A stretch of DNA of 63,418 bases, filler included, from Kipferlia bialata (lineage: Eukaryota): the NCBI GenBank assembly GCA_003568945.1. It is 6 parts of 5 records of this genome, joined end to end, with 100 filler letters (N's around TTAATTAATTAA, not from the genome) between each part and the next. Parts side by side here need not be neighbours in the genome. Positions count along the whole stretch, not along the records: positions 9,708 to 16,103 come from BDIP01000408.1; positions 16,204 to 35,885 come from BDIP01000409.1; 4 more parts are not named here. The stretch is one strand, 5' to 3'. Positions within the stretch are counted from its first letter, which is position 1. Each line of letters starts with the position of its first letter. Below the pieces are notes generated by a model that was not told the origin of the DNA, did not search any database, and worked only from the letters and a program-made list of their open reading frames with translations. The position numbers and the translations under genes are program-made. Of the stretch, positions 11,741-25,300 are shown piece after piece.

Positions 11741-14700
11741 TTAGAAGAAGTCGTCGTCCTCGTCCCCCCCTGCCTTGGCCACCGAGGAGTTGCCGGAGAC
11801 GCTGGGCTGCTTCATGTAGCACCTGACAACCTGGGGTGAACAAGGGCACACACACATATATATATATACTACATATATATGGACTGTACCTGGTTGCTGT
11901 CTGTGCCCTCCTCCACCTTCTTGTCATGCCTCACACGCAGCATACGGGGGAAGCGCAGGCCAATACCACGCGCATCGCCACGGATCTCACCCCTGGGGGT
12001 CAGAGAGAGGTGATACATAGCAACAGAATGGAGAAGAGAGAGTGAGACATATGGGCTCAAGCATGTATACACATTCCCTACTCACTTGGCGGATGTGTGT
12101 GTAGGGGACATCTGGAGGTCTGCAATGCGGATCTCCCACACCTGGTGTAAACAGTAAGAGAGAGAGAAGAGCTACAATCAATGTGCAAGGGTAATTGATG
12201 GACACAGACACACATATGAATATACAGTAATATCCATACACCATACCTCCTCTGCACTGAACCAGACATCGGGTGTGAATGTGTCACTGACATCATAGTC
12301 TGGGGGGTAAGCAAGCATAGGCAGATAGAGAAAGGGGTTGAGAGAGAACTACTAGTATAGTAATATACTGTATATCATTGTATACATAGTACCTGCTGGC
12401 TTTGAGTCCAGGGCCTGAGTATAGGCAGAGAGAGAGAGAGAGCTAGAATAATATTCTATTCTACTGTATAGTATTTAATTCTATTGCAGTACCTGCTGGC
12501 TTTGAGTCCACCACCTTCCCCTTGAGTCTAGAGGTCAACTCGACCAGGAGCTCGTCGGAGAAGCCAGTGCCAACCTTGCAGGTCTGGAGTCAGTATGGAT
12601 ATGTATATTAATAGAACAATAGAGAGAGAGAGAGTCAGAGAGTCAGAGAAGCCAGTGCCAACCTTATATGTCTGGAGTCAGAATGGACATGTATATTAAT
12701 AGAATAATGGAGAGAGAGAGAGACAGAGAATGCCAACCTGGCAGGTCTGGTGTGAGTATGGATACATAGATACACAGATAGATAGATATCAGATAGTTAT
12801 AAATATATATATATAGAGAGAGAGGGGGGGGGGGAGGAGAGAGAGAGACCTAGTGCACCTACTGCCTGGAATGTCTCTGTTGGGGTTGCATGTATACAAT
12901 ATTGGAAACAAATATTTGATATATAACAAAGACTTTGATACGCGTACTGTCTGGAATGTTACAGTAACATTATCAGTATACTGATCTATCTATATACAAT
13001 ATAAACGTACTGTCTGGAATGTCTCTGTGTTGGGGTTGTAGCACGCCAGGAGGTATGCCCCGTACTTGCCCCTCCTGGTATATCAGATACAGTAGTATAT
13101 ATACTGATGGGGACACTGATACAGTAGTATATATACCAGATACTGATACTGACACTGATACCTCTTTCCATTGCCCTCCCAGGCACCGATGGGGATCAGG
13201 TCGAAGGAGTCGCCCATGCCTGATATTAGGAGGGGTGTATCCAATAGCGGTTTATGTACAATAGTGAAAATGTAGAGAGTAAACACAATTTAGTGTATTA
13301 TTGCCAATTGAGATCAGGTCAAAGGAGTTGCCCATGCCTATCATTAGGAGGGGTTATACAATAGTATATATAGAGAGAAAATACACAGTTTAGTGGATTG
13401 TAACCAATGGGGTATAGGGTCAAAGGAGTCGCCCATGCCTAAGAATGAGATTGCAGTATGACATCGATATAGATAGAGATATTCTATTGATAATAATGTA
13501 TATAGTATAGGGTCAAAGGAGTCGCCCATGCCTGGTGTGAGAAGATATAGAAAAGCATATATAGTATAGATACATATATATATATATATATGTATATATA
13601 CTACTCACCCTCCTTGTAGTCCTTCTTGAGCTTGGACCACTTCATATAGACTAAGGTATATATATATATGAAATATATATATACTATATACACACACACA
13701 TATGATTCATACCCTCCATGTAGTCCTTCTTGAGCTTGGACCACTTCATGCTCCTCTTGCTGGGCTCGTAGGTGGCACCGGCACCAGACAGGACCTAGTA
13801 TTAGAGCGAGAGAGAGAGAGAGAGGGGGGGGGGAGAGAGAGGCGTAGGTGGCACCGGCACCAGAGAGAACCTAGAATTAGAGAGAAAGAGGGAGAGAGAG
13901 AGAGAGACAGAGGGTGGGGGGAGTAGGTGGCACCAGAGAGAACCTGGTATAAGACACTTATATACATATCTATACAGATACAAACTAGTACCTTCACCAT
14001 CAGCCCCTCTGTGTTGTTGTTGACTGCCTCTGTGAGGAATGACATCAGGTCAGAGTCAGCGGTCATGTCCCTGTACTGTGCATAGAAGAACACGCCAGTC
14101 TTCTCCTGGAGTGAGAGAGAGAGAGAGAGAGAGGGCTCGGAACCGTTTCTGCCCGAATATAATCGAGATACAAGTATGGAGAGTACCCGAATATGATAGA
14201 GATATACATAAAGAGAGAGTATGTATACACCACTACCATACTAACCTGGAAGTGCTCGTGCAGCAGCTCCCTCCTCTCCCCGAGGTCTGTCTGTAACAGG
14301 GAGTGGCCGTTGAGGTAGAGGACATCGAAGGCATAGATGGCAACCTGGGGTTAACAACACACACACAAATACAGAGAGAGAGCGAGAGAGAGAGAGAGAG
14401 TCTGCACCAAAGGCATAGATGGTAACCTAAGGTTAACAACACACACACACAAATACAGAGGGAGAAGCAGATTGTATATATATATATATATATATATACT
14501 GCCCCACCTTTTCGTTGTCTGTCTCCTTGGGTGATATTTAAAAAATCAAATAAAATAATACAAACATATCTATAATTATTGATTAATGATATATACATCC
14601 TCATACCTTTACGTTGTCTGCCTCCTTGGGTGCCTCGGGGTCATCCTCCTTACGCACCCTGGGGTAAGTATATATATATAGAGAGGGAGAAACGAAGAGA

Positions 14701-16018
14701 AGAGAAGAGTATGTAGAACATACTATATATATAAGTATGTACCTTCTAGTGAGTGCCTGGAAGGGCAGGATCTTGTTGTTGACGGGGTCGTATGCCACGC
14801 ACTCTCCATCGATGATGAAGGTGCCGTCCTTGGGGCCATCCTCAGTGCCCTCAGCTGTATCCACAGCCATGCCCTCTGTCTCATCCTCCTCACTGCTCTC
14901 ATCATCGTCATCAATCACCATGCCCTTCTTGGCCTGGGGGGTCAGAGATGGTGTACATAGAGTATACAGCTGTGTATAGAGTTCCCACAGTGTATTTACG
15001 CACTATATACACACACCTTAGTCTTCTTCTCCTCTGCCTCTGTCCCCACAAATGGCCCCTGTGCCTTCTTCCTCTGACTACTCTTCAGACCATGCACATA
15101 GGACAGGACATTGCTGGCAGCCTCGCACAGAGACTCCTAGATGGTGAGGGGTAAATAGATAGAATAGATACTTATATAAATTTATAAGTGTATATATAGT
15201 GTATATATCGCACAGAGACTCCTGGTAAAAGTGTGTGGAGGGGGGGGGGGGTACAGTCATTACAGTTGATAATCCTGGTACTCAGTCACACCCACTCTGA
15301 TGTATGATAGAAACTTGCGAACACATATTACCTGCATGTCCGTGTATCTGGCAGACACGTCCTCCAGGTTCCTAGAGTACACCTGGGGGTTAGAACGGGT
15401 ATATATATGTACATGTCAATAATAAGTATGCACAGTGTATATATATTGCAAATATAACACACTCACCTTGATTGACCCGTCTGGCAGCCTGTGTATCTGT
15501 GCCCTCTCTCCATCGTACTTGTACTCAGTGGTGAAGACGTCACACTCCGTGTAGCGCTCAAGGACCTCGTCAATGGACTTGGCGGCCTGGAGGGTGAGAC
15601 ACATACTTATTGTCTATGTACTGAACTCTTCATACACTATTCAGTCACTAGACTCTATATATATATGTGGAGAGAGAGAGAATGCGTACCTGTGCAAGCA
15701 TCGGCTTGACAGGCACACCAGGGGTCAGGACCAGCTTGTCCAGTCCCTCGGGTCCCTCTGACAGGTGAGATGTATGTGAATATACAGATATATACATGTA
15801 TAGAGAGAGAGAGAGAGAGAGAGACATGCGCCAGTTGCCAGCACCGTGGCCACCTTCCCTATGTATATATATATAGAAAGAGTATACATTTAGATATATG
15901 TATGTCTGTCTATATATATACCTGTTGCTAGCACTGTGGCCACCCTGCCTATGTCTGGGTGCTCACAGTATGCCCTGTTGACACACTCCTGCAGGGAGGT
16001 CTCCCTATTGGGCTTCAT
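11741..16018 (-). CDS. LIG1: DNA ligase I (ATP-dependent), 5'-truncated, about 17 visible exons
   Basis: Spliced motifs: [19 protein letters not shown] (adenylated Lys), [97 protein letters not shown]. The C-terminus is DEDDDFF followed by the stop at 11743-11741. Confidence 0.96.
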
Positions 16019-16050
16019 CTGACAGTTAGAGGGTAGGATAATACATATTG

Positions 16051-16103
<53 letters not shown>

Positions 16104-16203
16104 NNNNNNNNNNNNNNNNNNNNNNNNNNNNNNNNNNNNNNNNNNNNTTAATTAATTAANNNNNNNNNNNNNNNNNNNNNNNNNNNNNNNNNNNNNNNNN
16201 NNN
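16104..16203. other. Artificial contig spacer
   Basis: N44-TTAATTAATTAA-N44. Confidence 0.98.
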
Positions 16204-18257
16204 AATGGGTACCACATTGTGAAGCTGGAGACGGTGCCATTCAGCGGAAAGATCAGGTGGGTAGGATACATAGATGTTCATCTATAGATACATATATGTG
16301 GATTCAGAGGGAGGGAGAGTTTGTGGAGCTGGAGACTGCCATTCAGTGGGAAGATCAGGAAGTGGATAGTGTATTTCTGTCCTATCGGTGACACTTTGTC
16401 TTATTCTCTTCCTATCCCACCTACCTGAATTTGCTGCGTGTAACTATGTAAACTCTTCTCTCTCGATACTCGTCACTTTTCTCCCGCTATCCCTCTTTCT
16501 CTGTATATACTCACCCCAGGGACATCTGCTGGAACTGCTATTGTTCTTTCTCTCTCTCTCCATATGTACATATATATATGTGTATGTAAGTACATATATA
16601 TATGTGTGTGTGTGTGTGTCTACTCACCCCCAGGGACATCTGCTGGGACGGGGATGGAGAGAGACTTGTTGTGTCTGGGGACTGTGAGTCATGCCCCGGG
16701 GTGGTCATGCTGGCAGACACAGGTATATTATATATGAATTGTATATATAATGAGCGAGAGATAGTATATATAGAGATATATATAGAGATATATATAGAGA
16801 GATAGTATACTATACATGTAATATTATATGAGTCATGCCTCGGGATGGTCATGCTGGCTGACACAGGTTTGTATACTTGTTATAATACTATATAGTGATT
16901 GTTATGGTATGCTTTATACATATACTCATAGGTTTGTCTGTGCCAAGTGACTTTCAGGGCCACTCCACATTCGTTTAGATGCAATCAAATGACTTAGTAA
17001 AATGTGTATTTGTATTTCCGAGATTCAAACCAATGTCAGGTGCCCGTATTGGTGACCTTGTTGGCCACTCCAAGCCAGTCACATCCGTGGCATTCAGACC
17101 TAGGAGGTACGGATATACTCTGCTTGTGGCCTCATACATATATATGTAATGGGTCAGCTTTTGTGGACTCCCCTAGGGGCTCTGTTTTGAACAATGGTAG
17201 GATTATTCCAATATACCCACACCCTCCAACCTTAGGCCCTTCCACATTCTGTCTATGAGCACTATCATTGTCATCATTGCATACACACCACAATTCTATT
17301 ACTGACACTAGGCCCTTCCGCATTCTGTCTGCCTCCGAGGACTCCAACTGCAACCTGTTCAGAGGACCCCCATTCAGGTGGGGATACTCACAAGTATGAG
17401 TGTCTAATACAATGTCAAATCAATGTGGATACACACACACTGCCTGCTTTGGAGAGGGCAGGTATTCATGTCGGGTATATGAATTGGATTATGTTAAGAC
17501 AGTACTAAGACTGATATACTAACCCCCTAGGTTTGAGACCCCCCACAGAGAGCACGCCAGGGGGGCATACGTCAACGTCACGAGGTGGGGATTTGGAGAT
17601 GTTTCCCGATGTTTGTGCCCTCTCCTATACTCCATGGGCAACTCGCCTATACCTCTTATTGCGCTCTAATTATTACGTACATTTTTTATGCTAGAAACAA
17701 CCATACTCTTTTGTGGCCCATGCCCGTTAGCCTCTGTCTCCATCTCGGTGTCTCTCTTATGATGTATGTAACACTATATACTTACACCAGGTACAACCCC
17801 GCCGGCTCCCTCCTGGCCTCTGCCGGGTCTGACAAGGTGGTCATGCTCAGAGATCCAAAGACAGCCGTCGTGATAGGACAGGTATACACATAGAGTATGC
17901 CTAGTGATATTAATACTGTATGTATTTATATATGAATGGAAAGGTGGTCATGCTGAGGGACCCCAAGACAGCCGTCGTGATAGGGCAGGTATAGAATATA
18001 GAATATATACAGATAGTTGTAATTATTCTAGATAGTCATATTTAATAACCCCAGGTGACTGGCTTCAAGGGCACTGTGTATGACATGCTGCTGAGGGGGG
18101 ACAAGGACACCATGACAATGGTCACAGGTGGGGGAGGATTAGTACATTCTCTTTGTTATCAGGCTGATATCTCTCGCTCTCTCTCTTTGTTTCCCCTGCA
18201 CAACCCTTAGGTATAGTGTATACCGCATCCTGTCTGTGTTATAGTTGACATATCCAC

Positions 18258-18298
<41 letters not shown>

Positions 18299-21200
18299 TA
18301 TCACTGACACATAGGTGGTGCCGACCGCACTCTGCGTGTGTTCAAGCTGAAGTATACTACCCCCCTCCCCACCCATCTCTCTCCATCCGATTATATACAT
18401 TACTACCCTATATCTAACCCTTTAGGTGGTGCCGACCGCACTCTGCGTCTGTTCAAGCTGACCCTCACCACTGAGGGAGACACCTCCACTGCCTCTGGTG
18501 AGATGACACACGAGCACAAGATTGGCACAGAGACTGGGTGCATGGTACGTGTATATGGTAATATCAGTGTTCATTACATGAGTCACATACTATTACATAC
18601 ATACATATATGTATGTGTGTGTATATATTGTACACCACTCACCCCAGGTCATGGCCCTGGCCAATGCCCCCTCCGGCAACGTCATTGCACTCACCCTTGA
18701 TGGGGCACTCCACACATTCTCACCCACCCTCGAGCCCATATCGGTCAGGTATTGATACCATGGCTCTTCAGTGTGTATATATTCAAAAGAGTGTTCCTTT
18801 GATCCCCCTAGGTATGGCCTCCAGAGTGCTGTGTCTCAGATATAGAGTATATTAATCTCAATGGATATATAGTATATTCATGTATGACTTATCCACTAGG
18901 TATGGCCACCAGAGTGCCGTGTCCGGTGTATGCCCCATGGGGGAGGGAGTCGTGGCACTCTCATTCGGAGGGGTGGCTGTGTACCAGGTACCCATCATAC
19001 AGTCTTATGTGTGGTATATGTATATCCATATGTACTCATATATATATATATACATATGTGTTGGTTCACATCTGGTGGTGGCACTCTCATTCGGAGGGGT
19101 GGCAGTGTACCAGGTATGATGTATATATACACTATATATACACATGTACTAGTGGGTATAACTCTGCCTCTGTGGACACTCTCTTTTGGTGCTTTGTCTA
19201 AACCGCCAGGCCGACCCCGCCGATGCCTCTGCCGAGTGCATAGTGGCCACAGGGTCACTCCCTACATGCAAGGTATGGATGCATATACTATAGACTATTT
19301 GTATATATATATTTATATTTATACATATATATACTACTTGTGGCCACAGGCTCACTCCCTACATGCAAGGTTGGGTGTAATGACCTTATGCATATATACT
19401 TGAAAACCTTTATGAGCCCTCTTCTACCATGTTCATCTGCCAATAGCAATAGTGATGGTGTATCAATGTACCCTATGTGTTCTACCCCCAGGCCGTCGCC
19501 ATGCTCCCCCTGACCCCCACTTCCGTGCTGTGTGTGTCTGAGGAGAAGAGGGTCCACACCCTGACTCTCTCTGAGGGCACCCTGGTATCCACTGTCATGA
19601 CCACCCTACCTATTGTACCTGTGCATGCATGCATGGGACACGAGGGCAAGTACTTCTACGCATGCAGTGGCAGTCACGTCGACAAGGTGTGTATGTATGT
19701 ATGTCCCGATACACTCTGTCAACTGTCTTTCTCTCCTTGCTCACCCCCTAGGTCTGCATGTCCACAGGCACTGTCACACAGCTAGTGGAGAGGGGAAGGG
19801 CAGGTATGGGAGTTTGCACTCCTTCTTTTGTCTTTCCTCTCTTCACCAACACTCTCACGAAGTGTCTTGTCCTCTCTCTCTATCCCTATTATATACATCT
19901 GTTTACATCCTGTTAGCAATATGTCTGATGTGGTGTCTCACTCAGATATTCTATCGCGCTCTCTCCCCCCCTCTTTCTCTATCGTTCTGTCTCTCTCTTC
20001 AGATATATGTATATCCTTACCCCAGGCTGTGCTGTCTGTGTCTCTGCCTCCCCCTCCTATGTGGCTGTGGGTACCTCCTCCACTATGAGAGATGCACCCA
20101 GCGTGTGTCTGTACTCTCTCGAGGGAGAGCTCAAGCACACACTCACATACCACCAGGTACAGTAATCTACTCATTCTCCTATATTACTACACACATACGT
20201 ATGTAAACTTCTACCATATTAGTATATGTATAGTACTCACTCACTTACCACCAGGTCAGAGTTGTGTTTGTATTTATAGTGTCAGTGTATGTGTGTGTAT
20301 GGTATATGTATATGTCAATATCCTCTCCCGACCTCAAGAACGGTGGCATTGCATGTGTAGTCATATTTAGTAAGTATTGAGTGTGTGTTGTATATAGACC
20401 AGTATGTGTTTCCTGTATTCTAACCTCCAGAACGGTGACATTGCCTGTGTCCAGTTCAGCCCAGATGGGGAGAGGCTGTACGTCGGGACATCCCAGGCAT
20501 GTATCTGTATACTCACAACCCAATGTAGTGTTCTCTCTGTCTCTCTTTCTCTCCCCCTCACCTCTAGGGCAAGGGCTGTGTGTGGAACGTCGGGTCTATC
20601 CATGACACCACCAGTGCTCTGTTTGAGGAGGTCCCCAAGTGAGTGCTAATGGAGTGTATACTGTATACTGTATATGTGTTGCATGTGTCTCACAGTGTAT
20701 ACATCCACAAACAACACTCTCTGTTTGAGGAGGTCCCCAAGTGAGTGTGATAGTAGTGGATAGTGTATGTAACTGTTCGACTTCATATCAAAATTGTTAT
20801 GCCCTCGTGCTTACACGTTGGCTTCTAGTATCTCTCTCTCTCTCTATTTATATCTACATATCTCTCTCAGCTAATATATACAAACTTTCCCCCTCTCCCC
20901 CAGGCCCATTCAGTCGTCTGGCCTTGACTTCCACTTCTCTTTCTCTCCCTCTATCTATTTACCCATATATATATAGTGTATCCCCTCTCACCATTAGGCC
21001 CATGTCCTCTGGCCTTGACTTCCAGAGAGGTTCCATCAACACTGCTGTGTGGTGTGACGCAGAGACGGTGTGTGTAGGTATGGACGTGTCAATAGCATAC
21101 TCACTCTGTGGTATATATGTCAGCCTTTCCCCTAACCCCGTCAGGCTGTGGCGATGGCAGTGTGACCCTGTACCCTGCCCTCCACCCCAGACAGAGGGTG

Positions 21201-21930
21201 GCACTGGCAGGGGTCACACACCCAACAGGTATGGTTATATATAGGGTGTATACTAATGAAAATTATACATGTCATATATATATATATATATATAATTATA
21301 TATATATATGAATTGTATATCCCTTGACAGAGGGTGGCACTGGCAGGGGTCACACACCCAACAGGTGAGGTTATATATATGGTGTATATAACTGATGAAT
21401 GTATATGTATATATCACTGATGAGTGTTTATGTCTATATACAGAGGGTGGCACTCACAGGGGTCACACACCCAACAAATGGTGTTTGTCGGCCTCATAGT
21501 TGTATTCACAGCTCTGAATCCTATCCCTCACTCTCCAGGAGTCAACAGCATCTGCACCCTGCCCAGCTATATGATACTATTTACTATACTGTATACTTTA
21601 CTCATATATATTTATACACACTCCTCTTATCCCCAGGTGTCAACAGCATCTGCACCCTCCCCAACACACCCTCACTATATGATACTATTTACTATACCGT
21701 ATACTTTACTTATATATATATATATACACTCATCTCACCCCAGGTGTCAACAGCGTCTGCAATGTATATGTGTCACTTATATGAGTATACTGTTTATAGA
21801 TATAGTGACTGGTATATACACACTCCCCTTATCCCCAGGTGTCAACAGCATCTGCACCCTGCCCGGTGACAGACTTGTGTCTGTGGGCAATGATGGGTGT
21901 GTGGTGTGCACACAGAGGCCCCCTCAGTAG
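16204..21930 (+). CDS. AIP1: Actin-interacting protein 1 / WDR1-like WD40 double beta-propeller, 5'-truncated
   Basis: Spliced sequence HIVKLETVPFSGKIRDICWDGDGERLVVSGD..DTGARIGDLVGHSKPVTSVAFRPRRPFRILSASEDSNCNLFRGPPFRF..YVNVTRYNPAGSLLASAGSDK matches the WDR1/AIP1 signature (PF.GKI.DI.W..D..R, GHSK, RP.R, GPPFKF). It ends HPTGVNSICTLPGDRLVSVGNDGCVVCTQRPPQ*. Confidence 0.88.
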
Positions 21931-22308
21931 ATAGGGAATATTCAAAGTGAGAGAGAGAGAGAGAGAGAGATTCCAATGGTGTGCACACAGAGACCCCCTC
22001 AGTAGGCACAGGGTCTAGTGTATACTAGCGTGTACTAGTGTATACTAGTCAGAAGGCACTGGGTTTCAGTACTGAGTCTCGTGTCTGTTGTTGTGTGTGG
22101 GTCATGGTTGTAGAATGATGGGGCCGGTCCATGGTATCCATGTCTATAGACTGAGGATCACGAGTAAATTGTATGTGTGTACATGTTTATGTATTCTTAT
22201 TGAGGCATTCAGAGTCTTTCTTATCAGATCATTGAGTCAATGACATTGACCAGCACATTAGAGTTAGAAAGAAATGGAATCGCTCGAAACGTCAAACGCT
22301 CACCACTG

Positions 22309-22327
22309 GAGTCGTGAATCACGACTC
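22309..22327. promoter_or_regulatory. Perfect 19-bp palindrome GAGTCGTGA-A-TCACGACTC about 45 nt upstream of ATG 22372
   Basis: Direct inspection; TGAGTCA also lies at 22233-22239. Function is inferred from position only. Confidence 0.35.
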
Positions 22328-22371
22328 GTGATGGTGGACTCTCTCTCTACACTCCTTGACATCGATTACTG

Positions 22372-25300
22372 ATGCCAAGTGGCGTTGACGCACATGTCTA
22401 CCGGCCCCTTGGGGACCTAGTGGCGTGTGTGACTGATCCTGACATGGACAGAGCTACTGAGGCAGCGGAGGAGATAGGTATTGGATGTATACACATGGAG
22501 ACACTTGTATATAGAAATATTTATATATAGAGAGAGAGAATTGATAAGTAGCAGAGCCGCTGCGGCAGTGGAGGAGATAGATGCACGTGGTAAATGCGAG
22601 GGCATAGGGTTATGTGTAAGACCATAATTCTGGGTATTCTTGTCACTGTCTCAGCATTGACACTGATGCAAGACCGGATGATGACGTCCGACCCAGCCAC
22701 CTACCCCGGTCCAGACAGAGAGAGGGTGTCCGAGGCCCTGCACCCCTTCATGCAGAGGTAGACATATGTACATATATATCCCTCTCTCCCTCTCTCCCTC
22801 AGTATATATATATATATATATATATACTATTGACGTCCAAGTTATGTATGGCAGATGTCTATATATACATGTATACATATATATCCCTCTCTCCCTCTCT
22901 CGCTCATTTGGTCTCTTGCTCTCTTGCTCTCCCCCCTCTCTCTCTCTCTCTCTTCGTCTGCAATATATTTATGAATGGCAGAGGTGAGTAGGGGGTGGGG
23001 TACATACGGATTGTAACGCCTCGTACCCTGTGTTTAGTATCCTGTGTTGTATGTTGACTGGTACATATCACTCGTCATGCAAAGACAGAGTATCCTCAGA
23101 CGTCTCTCTCTCTCCATCGCATTCAGTCTATATATGATATATGATATCAGTCTATATATGATATATGATATCAGTCTATATATGATATATGATATTAGTC
23201 TATATATGATATATGATATCAGTCTATATATGATACATGATATCAGTCTATATATGATACATGATATATCTTCTTCCTTTTGTCTTCATGAAAACTTGTA
23301 TTTGTGTTGATGTATACACTCTCTCTCCCCCACTCATCCGTATACGTAGTACAATACTTCTTCATAGAACAATATACTGATGGATTTCCAGATATTCTTT
23401 GCGTTCACTTTCTCATTCGTTTCCATTTATATATATTCACCTGTCTCATAGATACCTTGTTAGATTGGATAAATAGCATAGAGCATACGTACAGTACTGG
23501 CTCTACACTCATATGTACTATGTGTTGTTGACTTACTCCCAGGGTGGTAGAACCACTTCCAGGCCCATTCACAGAGGTACCCTTTTGCATATACCAGGAT
23601 GTATTATATGTATGTATGTATACGGACATATACATGCGCAAATCTCAGTATCCCCGTAATCTTCTTTTACGTGCGCACTCTCTCTCATTCAGACGTTTTG
23701 TCTCTGTTGTCTATTGGGTAGTCTTGATATGGATAGTGCTAGTACATTATGTTTCGTTTCCGGTATTACCCCCCCCCCCCATATATATATGTATATATAA
23801 GTACTGCCACATATTGCATCCATACCACTTCAGTTACAGGTCCACGAAGCAGAAGGTACACATACAGTATATATATATGTCAGTATATATATATCAGTAT
23901 GTAGTGTATATCTATTATACATGATGCCTGGAGAGGGCCATTTGGCAGAGGGTAGACAGTATATGTGCATACAGTGCATATGTATCCAATGCACATATGT
24001 GCATGGATACTGTGTACAGTGTATATATCCAATATATACACTTTGTAGTATATCGTGCATACAGTGTATATATATACAATGCGCATATGTACATACATGT
24101 ATTAATATATATTATCGTGCACATAGTGTATATCTATTATACATGATGTATGGAGAGGACCAGAGGTGCGCAGCATATGTGCATGGATACTATGTACAGT
24201 GTATATATCCAGTATACATTTTGTGGCATATCGTGCATATATAGTGAATATATACTATATCTACTTTGTCTACTATATCTATTATATCTACTATATCTAT
24301 TATACCTATTATATCCATTATGCATGGCATCGTAGTACTATTATATCTACTATTATATCTATTATGCATGGACAGAGCCATATGGACCGAAACAGGTACA
24401 TAGCATGTATACAATATACATACATACCCTTATATAGTTATATATGCATGTATTTTTAGTATATGGTTTGTATATGGTATATATAGTGCCCTCTTACTAT
24501 AAAGATACTATATGCAATGTATATATGGTTTAATTTATCTATGCATGTATCTATTACTATTCATATTGAATTATAACTAACACAAGGCCCGTAATGTGCT
24601 GAACAAGTGTCCACTGGAGGAGTATCTCCAGCCAGTAGTCAGGGTGAGACACACACACACACATATATATACACATATATACACACACATGTGTATGTAT
24701 ATATATATATATATGAACTATATGTAGTATCTGTATTAAGCCACTGGTCCTAGTGAGATGCAATAATGATAGTATACGACATGAAGACACTTTTAGATAA
24801 CAATGTTATTCATTTATAGACATTATGCCGTATATTGTTTCATTATGTATATAATAATGATTATAGATAGATAGATACATAATTCCATACACCTCTGACT
24901 GTCAGGAGTGCTCGTGATAATGATACATAGATATAGAGATGTACTAATATACGTGGATATACATATATATACATCATTCCATACACCTCTAACTGTCAGG
25001 AGTGCTGGCGGTACCTGTGTCACATGATGACGGTCAGGGTGGACGGAACCCAGCGGTGAGTCAATAAGAGTCAAAACTCCGTCCCGAATAGTCATGGGAA
25101 TCATTTAGTTTGGTTATAATACCTATATTGCACCGTATAATACATAGAGTATATAATACATGTGTGGATTCCAGATTTCTGATATATATATACACGTATA
25201 TAAACATACATATATTCATTATTATAATATATGTGTATCCATTTCTTTGTTATATATACAATATGAATATTTATACTGTATTAATATGGGTGTATGCACA

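Noticed and set aside
11717..11746. Repeated TTCTAAGCAGTC after the LIG1 stop as a readthrough or recoding signal
   Set aside because: A simple 12-nt tandem duplication overlapping the stop; the in-frame stops recur, so readthrough would add only a few residues.
16204..21930. Repeat-spacer-like periodicity of the echoes as CRISPR or transposon termini
   Set aside because: Each repeat matches only its own neighbouring exon. There is no shared repeat, TIR, TSD or transposase.
23123..23266. 24-nt repeat array as a possible CRISPR
   Set aside because: Head-to-tail units with no unique spacers, located in an intron of a eukaryotic gene, with no cas genes.
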